Assembly: GCA_019192455.1 (NCBI GenBank)
Contig: JAHCML010000008.1
Location: forward strand, 638-64,637
Direction of reading: 5' to 3'
DNA length: 64,000 bases
From: Alphaproteobacteria bacterium SS10
Lineage (GTDB): Bacteria; Pseudomonadota; Alphaproteobacteria; TMED2
The translations under genes were made by a program, and so were the position numbers. Of the stretch, positions 58,106 through 64,000 are shown piece after piece; the first letter of the stretch is position 1, and each line of letters begins with the position of its first letter. The notes beneath the pieces were generated by a model. It worked only from the letters and a program-made list of their open reading frames with translations. It did no database searches and had not been told where the DNA came from.

Positions 58106-59059
58106 TTAATCAACTTCACCCACATCGACGCTGAACCAGCCAGCTTCGCCGATTAGGTGCATTCGGCTGCCATGGCCGATCGGGTTTAGGTGCCGGATGT
58201 CCAGCCGCCCATCCGGCAGTTTGGCGCGGTAGGCCTGGGGCTTTTCCGATAGCTTGCCGTCACGGCGGATTAGGTGGAAGCGGCTATTGGCCTCACCATA
58301 TTGGCGGCTAAGCAGGAAGGCATCATCGCTGACCGCGATGGCGTCCGAGCCGTTGATGCCCCGGGATTGGAAGAACTGCACTTCAAAATCCGTGTCGTCC
58401 TGATCCATGCCGATCTGGCAGATGCGGAAATCTTCGTAATAGTTAATCCAGACGCCGTCGGTGGTGATGTTGAGGGCATAGCAATCATCGATGCTGCTCT
58501 CCTTCACCACATGGTTGAAGGACCACAGTAGCTCGCCATGGTCATCGAAACAGACCAGGCCACCCTCACCCGGGCTAAGCGGGCTATCGCCCTCGCCCCA
58601 GCCGTAATTGCCGAAGATGCCCTCATCATAAAAGCTGGCCCAGATCCGGCCACGGCCATCGACACCGATAGCGGTGACGGCGTCGCCGATTAGGAAGCTA
58701 TAGGCATGGCCGGTGATGGGGTCATAGACGGCGGCGTTCTGATCGCAGGTACCGTCGCGGTAGAGTTGACTGCGCGGTTCAACCAGCAGCAGGCGACCAT
58801 CGGGGAAGGTGGTGACATAGGCCGGGTCTTCCAGATGCAGCAGGGTGATCTCAATCTGCTTGGTCGCCTTAGGCGTGACGATGAACAGCTTAAGCGGGGC
58901 CTTATCCTCGCCGCTGCCGGGTTCATTCGCCTTACAAAGGAACAGCCCCTCACCGGTTGATGAGATGCCCTGATAGGCATGCCAATAGCCCTCTGGCGCC
59001 GCCGGCACATCGGCATGGCGTTGGAAGCTCAATGTCTTTGCAAGTTTCATATAGCGCAT
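58106..59059 (-). CDS. hypothetical protein (possible beta-propeller-like repeats)
   Basis: 317-aa ORF with ATG start, normal GC, Asp/Gly-rich repeat-like segments; no recognisable domain. Confidence 0.45.
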   Translation of the reverse strand: MRYMKLAKTLSFQRHADVPAAPEGYWHAYQGISSTGEGLFLCKANEPGSGEDKAPLKLFIVTPKATKQIEITLLHLEDPAYVTTFPDGRLLLVEPRSQLYRDGTCDQNAAVYDPITGHAYSFLIGDAVTAIGVDGRGRIWASFYDEGIFGNYGWGEGDSPLSPGEGGLVCFDDHGELLWSFNHVVKESSIDDCYALNITTDGVWINYYEDFRICQIGMDQDDTDFEVQFFQSRGINGSDAIAVSDDAFLLSRQYGEANSRFHLIRRDGKLSEKPQAYRAKLPDGRLDIRHLNPIGHGSRMHLIGEAGWFSVDVGEVD

Positions 59060-59270
59060 TGATCAAACTCCGATCCCGGCATGGTGGCGGGTCCCTTATT
59101 TCATGAAATCAGGCTGTCATTCCTGAATGGAAGCGGCAATGCAGGGCTGGGTTGCGGCGTGGCGCTAACCCGCATGCTACCTTGCTTGTGCACCTGCGAA
59201 GACCTGAAACGCATACCGGGTTTGCGGCTAGTGGCCGCCTCTTTCATGGACATGTCGGGATCTTGCGCTA

Positions 59271-60179
59271 GTGTTCGTCGCCATGGAAAACGACCTTACA
59301 TTTCGCAAAATGCACGGCCTCGGCAATGACTTCGTGATCATTGACGGGCGCCACCTCACCGCGCAAACCGCTGGCCTTAGCAAGGACCAGGTGCGGCTGA
59401 TCAGCGACCGCCGTTTAGGCCTTGGCTGCGATCAGTTGATCACCATGGAACGCCCGGCCACCATGTCGGCCGATGCCGATGTGTATATGCGCATCCTGAA
59501 CAATGACGGCTCCGAAGCTGAGGCCTGTGGCAACGCGACCCGCTGTGTCGCCGATGTCATCATGGACGAGCTGGGCCGCGATACCGTGGTGATTGAAACC
59601 GTCGCCGGCCTGCTGAAGGCGGAACGCCTGGCCGATGGTCAAATCTCCGTCGATATGGGCATGCCAAAGCTTGAGTGGGATCAGATCCCGCTGTCTGAGG
59701 AAACCGACACTGCCCGCCTGCCGCTGGCCATTGGCCCGCTGCATCACGGTGTGGCCGTCAATGTTGGTAACCCACACGCTGTTCACTTCGTCCCCGATAT
59801 TGAGGCCGTGCCGCTTGAGCGCCTTGGCCCGGTGATCGAGCATGACGAGTTGTTCCCAGAGCGGACCAATGTGGAAGCCGCCCAAGTGCTGAACCGTAAG
59901 ACGATCCGCATGCGGGTTTGGGAACGCGCCGTTGGTGTGACCCAGGCTTGTGGGTCTGCTGCTTGCGCGACCCTGGTTGCCGCTGTGCGCCGTGATCTCA
60001 CCGACCGTAAGGCTGAGCTGCTGCTGGATGGCGGTTGCCTGACCCTGGAGTGGCGTGAGGAAGACGACCACATCGTGATGACCGGCCCGGTCACTTACGT
60101 GGCGGAGGGAACCCTCAGCCCGGGTGCCTTGGGAAACGCCAAACATAAACCGACGCCCAAACTGGCCGCGTCGGCTTAA
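59271..60179 (+). CDS. dapF: diaminopimelate epimerase
   Basis: FRKMHGLGNDFVIIDGR, catalytic Cys pair (ACGNATRC; ACGSAACA). Confidence 0.95.
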   Translation: MFVAMENDLTFRKMHGLGNDFVIIDGRHLTAQTAGLSKDQVRLISDRRLGLGCDQLITMERPATMSADADVYMRILNNDGSEAEACGNATRCVADVIMDELGRDTVVIETVAGLLKAERLADGQISVDMGMPKLEWDQIPLSEETDTARLPLAIGPLHHGVAVNVGNPHAVHFVPDIEAVPLERLGPVIEHDELFPERTNVEAAQVLNRKTIRMRVWERAVGVTQACGSAACATLVAAVRRDLTDRKAELLLDGGCLTLEWREEDDHIVMTGPVTYVAEGTLSPGALGNAKHKPTPKLAASA

Positions 60180-60211
60180 GTCTTCATCGAAACTGCTATA
60201 GTTCAACGATC

Positions 60212-61504
60212 ATGACCGGGACCGATGCCAAAGACAAAGGCGCGGCGGGGCCGGAGATCGTTACCTTCGGCTGCCGCCTCAACGCCTATGAGAGTGAGGT
60301 GATGCGTGACCATGCCCAAGCTGCGGGCATGGATGACGTGATCATCGTCAATACCTGTGCCGTCACGGCAGAGGCGGAGCGGCAGGCCCGGCAGACCATC
60401 CGCAAATTGGTGCGCGATCGCGGTGACAAACGCGTCATCGTCACCGGCTGTGCCGCCCAGATTGATCCCGACACCTATGCCGGGATTGAGGGGGTGGCCG
60501 CCGTCATTGGCAATGATGCCAAGATGAAGCGCGAGAGCTGGTCAAACACGCTGCTCAAGCCCGCTGACGAACCGGTGGTGCTGGTCAATGACATCATGTC
60601 GGTGCGGGAGACGGCGGAACATCTGATTGAGGGCTTTGACGGGCGCGCCCGTGCCTTTGTTCAGGTGCAGCAGGGCTGCGACCACCGCTGTACCTTCTGC
60701 ATTATCCCCTACGGCCGTGGTAACTCCCGCTCCGTCCCCCTTGGCGTCATCGTCGATCAGGTGCGGATGTTGGTTGAGCAGGGCTTCTCAGAGGTGGTGC
60801 TGACCGGTGTTGATGTCACCAGCTATGGCCCTGACCTGCCGGGCAGTCCGACCCTCGGCCAGGTGATCCGCCGCCTGCTGGCGCAAGTGCCAGAGTTGCC
60901 GCGCCTGCGTCTTTCCTCCCTCGACCCGGTTGAGATGGATGAGGATCTATGGCGCCTGGTGGCGGAGGAGCCCCGGCTGATGCCGCATCTGCATATGAGT
61001 TTGCAGGCCGGTGACGACATGATCCTCAAGCGGATGAAGCGGCGGCATCTGCGCGCCGATGCGATTGAGATGTGCCGCCGTGCGCGAGAGCTGCGCCCCG
61101 GCATTGTCTTTGGCGCTGATATCATCGCCGGTTTCCCGACCGAAACCGATGAGATGTTTGAGAATACCTATGCCTGTGTTGAGGAATGCGATCTGACCTT
61201 CCTCCACGTCTTCCCATATTCGCCGCGCCCCGGCACTCCGGCGGCCAAGATGCCCCAGGTGCCAAAGGATGCCCGTAAAGAGCGCGCCGCCCGCCTGCGT
61301 GAGTTGGGCACCCGGCAGGTTGGCAAGCTGCTGGAAGCGCAGCTGGGCCAGGAGGCAAAGGTGCTGGTTGAGAAGGACAGAACCGGCCGCACCGAACACT
61401 TCACCGAGGTTGTGCTGGATGGCGACGTTGAGGCTGGCGGCCTCTATACCGCCAGGCTCACCGGCATCGCCGATGGTAAGCTGATTGGGCAGGTTGTGCC
61501 GTGA
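60212..61504 (+). CDS. mtaB: tRNA methylthiotransferase MtaB (MiaB-like radical SAM)
   Basis: MTTase N-domain VTFGCRLNAYESE, radical SAM CDHRCTFCIIP, C-terminal TRAM-like region. Confidence 0.9.
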   Translation: MTGTDAKDKGAAGPEIVTFGCRLNAYESEVMRDHAQAAGMDDVIIVNTCAVTAEAERQARQTIRKLVRDRGDKRVIVTGCAAQIDPDTYAGIEGVAAVIGNDAKMKRESWSNTLLKPADEPVVLVNDIMSVRETAEHLIEGFDGRARAFVQVQQGCDHRCTFCIIPYGRGNSRSVPLGVIVDQVRMLVEQGFSEVVLTGVDVTSYGPDLPGSPTLGQVIRRLLAQVPELPRLRLSSLDPVEMDEDLWRLVAEEPRLMPHLHMSLQAGDDMILKRMKRRHLRADAIEMCRRARELRPGIVFGADIIAGFPTETDEMFENTYACVEECDLTFLHVFPYSPRPGTPAAKMPQVPKDARKERAARLRELGTRQVGKLLEAQLGQEAKVLVEKDRTGRTEHFTEVVLDGDVEAGGLYTARLTGIADGKLIGQVVP

Positions 61505-62586
61505 TCAGGCGCCTGGGCCTTGCCTGCCTAACGATGGCCTTGTGCCTAATCTTCGTCACCATGGCCGCATCCCAAACCCATGCGCAGACCGAGCCACCCG
61601 TTCATCGTGGTGATCGCCTGCTGGGCCTCGCGATCATCGAGACCAAGACCCAAAGCTATGGCAATGCCATGGATGCCTCGATCGAAGCCGGGTCCGATTA
61701 CATTGAGTTGGTGGTCGGCTGGGATGATGTTGAGACCGCACCCGGCGCCCATAACCCCAGGCCAGATTTCGCGCAGCTGGCCAATGGCACCTTCCCCGCC
61801 TATGGGCTGAAGGTGGCGCTGTCATTTCTCACCTTCGATACGGTCAGTGACCGCCGCCCAGCCTGGCATCAGAACGCGAGCTGGGATGACCCTGAGGTGA
61901 TTGAGGCCGCCTGGCGCGCTCTGAACCGGACGATCATCCGCCTCCGCGATGCCGAGCTGATCAGTGTTTCCCTGGGGAATGAGGTGGATGTGCTGCTGAC
62001 CACCCAACCGGCGCAGCAGGCCGCCTACCTCGTGTTTATCCGCGCATTAAAGGTGCGCATGGCAGCGGCCTACCCAACCCTGCCCGTGGGTGTGAAGGTA
62101 ACGGCAGCGGGTGCCCTGGCCTTGGAAGAGCCAGTCATCGCGCGGCAGGTGACTGAGGGCATGGACCTCGCCATGATCACCTATTACCCGCTGGATGCTG
62201 AGATGAAGACCCAGCCGATCGATGTCGCCGTCACCGTTTTGGACCGGTTGGTTGGTACTTTCCCTGATCAGCCAATCCACCTGGCAGAGATTGGGTACCC
62301 ATCCGATCCCGCCTGCGGTGATGGGCCCGAGGGGCAGGCCGATTTCGTCTATCAAGTGTTTCAACGCTGGGACCGATATGCTGACCGGATCAAGGCAATG
62401 AACTGGGTCTGGCAAACCGACATCGGACCGGATGAGGCCGCCAATCTGGCTGGGGCCTATGGCAGCGATGCGCCTTGCTTTGTCGGCTTCCTAGGCTCCC
62501 TCGGCCTACGTAACCACGATCTGAGTGAGAAGTCGGCCTGGCCCGTATTCCGCGCCGTCGCGTTTGAGCGCGGCTTCACCCGCTAA
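61501..62586 (+). CDS. secreted clan GH-A (TIM-barrel) glycoside-hydrolase-like protein
   Basis: Signal peptide LACLTMALCLIFVTMAASQTHA. Candidate acid/base SLGNEVD and nucleophile HLAEIGYPS in the clan-A arrangement. ATGA overlap with the mtaB stop. Confidence 0.5.
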   Translation: MIRRLGLACLTMALCLIFVTMAASQTHAQTEPPVHRGDRLLGLAIIETKTQSYGNAMDASIEAGSDYIELVVGWDDVETAPGAHNPRPDFAQLANGTFPAYGLKVALSFLTFDTVSDRRPAWHQNASWDDPEVIEAAWRALNRTIIRLRDAELISVSLGNEVDVLLTTQPAQQAAYLVFIRALKVRMAAAYPTLPVGVKVTAAGALALEEPVIARQVTEGMDLAMITYYPLDAEMKTQPIDVAVTVLDRLVGTFPDQPIHLAEIGYPSDPACGDGPEGQADFVYQVFQRWDRYADRIKAMNWVWQTDIGPDEAANLAGAYGSDAPCFVGFLGSLGLRNHDLSEKSAWPVFRAVAFERGFTR

Positions 62587-62655
62587 CGCGCGATTGGTCG
62601 CCGTCGCTGCTATGGGCTTGCCCGGCTGGCCCGGGACCGGTACACCGCCCGCACC

Positions 62656-63618
62656 ATGAGCGATCAAACCACACAAAATGACCCTGGTCAGAAATCCGGT
62701 GGCTGGCTGTCACGCCTGGCCGGTGGCCTGTCCAAATCCTCCGACAAGATCGGCGGCGGCCTCTCCGACATGTTCGGTGGTAAGCGCCCACTTGATGATG
62801 AGGCGTTGGAGGAGCTGGAGGAGCTGCTAATCACCGCCGATCTGGGCCCGGCTACGGCGGCCAAGATCACCGCAGAGCTGGCGGATAAGCAATTCAGCCG
62901 CAACCCCTCAACGGAAGAAATTAAGCAGGGCCTGGCCGAGGTCATCGCCCCGATGATTGAGAATGTGGCGAAGCCGCTTGAGGTCAAAACCGTTCACCGC
63001 CCGCATATTGTGCTGGTGGTTGGGGTTAATGGTTCGGGTAAGACCACGACGATCGCGAAGCTTGCAAACCTGCTGCAGGATAATCGGTTCCGGGTCACGC
63101 TTGCCGCGGGTGATACGTTCCGCGCGGCGGCGATTGAGCAGCTGAAGATTTGGGGTGGCCGGGTTGGTTGCCCAGTTATCGCCAAAGACCATGGCGCTGA
63201 CAGTGCCGGCGTCGCCTTTGAGGCAGTGGAAGCCGCGCGTGAGACCGATCACGATGTGGTGCTGATCGATACCGCTGGCCGATTGCAAAACCAGGCTAAT
63301 CTGATGGCCGAGCTTGAGAAGATCAGCCGGGTTTTGAAGAAGCTGGATGGCGAGGCACCACACTCAACAATCCTCGTCCTCGACGCCACGGTTGGCCAAA
63401 ACGCCTATACCCAGGTGGAGGCATTCCAGAAGATCGCCAATGTCACCGGCTTGGTCGTGACCAAGCTTGATGGCTCCGCCCGTGGCGGTGTCGTCATTGG
63501 CCTTGCCGAACGCTTTGGCCTGCCCGTTCATGCCATTGGCGTGGGTGAGGGCATCGACGACCTCCGCCCCTTCACTGCCGAAAGCTTTGCCCGGCTATTG
63601 GTTGGGTTGGACGCTTAA
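62656..63618 (+). CDS. ftsY: signal recognition particle receptor FtsY
   Basis: VGVNGSGKTTTIAKLA, DTAGR, NG domain. Confidence 0.95.
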   Translation: MSDQTTQNDPGQKSGGWLSRLAGGLSKSSDKIGGGLSDMFGGKRPLDDEALEELEELLITADLGPATAAKITAELADKQFSRNPSTEEIKQGLAEVIAPMIENVAKPLEVKTVHRPHIVLVVGVNGSGKTTTIAKLANLLQDNRFRVTLAAGDTFRAAAIEQLKIWGGRVGCPVIAKDHGADSAGVAFEAVEAARETDHDVVLIDTAGRLQNQANLMAELEKISRVLKKLDGEAPHSTILVLDATVGQNAYTQVEAFQKIANVTGLVVTKLDGSARGGVVIGLAERFGLPVHAIGVGEGIDDLRPFTAESFARLLVGLDA

Positions 63619-64000
63619 AGCGCAGCCCGAAGCCGGGAACACGCCTGTTCAACAGTAGCGAGGTCATGGACCAGGGCGACGCGGATGTAGTCGCGGCCTG
63701 GGTTTGAGCCGTCGGCCTCTTCCTTGCCGAGATAGGCGCCGGGCAGGACGCGCAGGGCTTGTTCCCGCCACAGTTTCTCGGTCATCGCAAGGCTATCACC
63801 CGTCTTTAGCCAAATGAAAAAGCCGCCATCGGGGATCTGCCAATCCGTGACGTCTTTAAGCGCGTCATGGGCGATCGCAAAGCGGTCCTGATAGCCCTTG
63901 CGGATCGTGGCGGCATGGTCATCATCATTCCAAAGCGCGGTGGCAGCGGCCACCAGTGGCAGGGGCATGACAGCGGCGCCATAGCTGCGTAGACGCTTAA
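63615..64000 (-). CDS. class I/II PLP-dependent aminotransferase (C-terminal part; gene continues beyond window end)
   Basis: C-terminal aminotransferase segment ...GGFFIWLKTGD...VLPGAYLGKE...DYIRVALVHDL...; overlaps the ftsY stop by 4 nt. Confidence 0.6.
   Translation of the reverse strand, partial: KRLRSYGAAVMPLPLVAAATALWNDDDHAATIRKGYQDRFAIAHDALKDVTDWQIPDGGFFIWLKTGDSLAMTEKLWREQALRVLPGAYLGKEEADGSNPGRDYIRVALVHDLATVEQACSRLRAAL

Noticed and set aside
1-64000. CRISPR arrays, rRNA, tRNA, IS elements
   Set aside because: I scanned for regularly spaced direct repeats, T-loop motifs and transposase-like ORFs on both strands and found none. The repeats seen are coding low-complexity (rpsP tail, helicase tail, Ffh M-domain, His-rich stretches).

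Overview
High-GC (by eye roughly 60-65% G+C) chromosomal segment, most likely from an alphaproteobacterium (Rhodospirillales-like gene order: lpoA/rsmI/yraN/BON-dolP/gshB; hisB-H-A-F-E next to hslVU; rpsP-rimM-trmD-rplS; dapF-mtaB-ftsY; ffh). It is mostly dense housekeeping content with about 70 genes. No rRNA, tRNA, CRISPR array, integrase or transposase was recognised. Things standing out against this background: (1) a sharply AT-rich ~1.35 kb single-gene island (56753-58105; ~30% G+C by eye) whose only gene encodes a protein with a canonical HEPN RNase motif (R-S-K-I-T-H-A-G) and appears interrupted by an in-frame TAG; (2) a mosaic lower-GC block between hslU and a DEAD-box helicase (31982-34970) encoding an AT-rich membrane protein, a secreted beta-helix repeat protein and two paralogous small membrane proteins; (3) two paralogous stand-alone cNMP-binding-domain proteins, one co-transcribed with an output-less Cache-domain membrane protein, the other divergent from a hybrid histidine kinase and preceded by a perfect 15-bp palindrome; (4) a tandem pair of paralogous unknown-function genes upstream of ffh; (5) a lipoprotein with a trypsin-like domain whose catalytic Ser appears replaced by Ala; (6) a two-domain CDA-fold deaminase next to deoC; (7) a small copper-handling cluster (Met/His-rich OMP, PCuAC chaperone). 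Coordinates follow the supplied ORF track where possible. Internal start choices were made by reading codons and may be off by a few codons.
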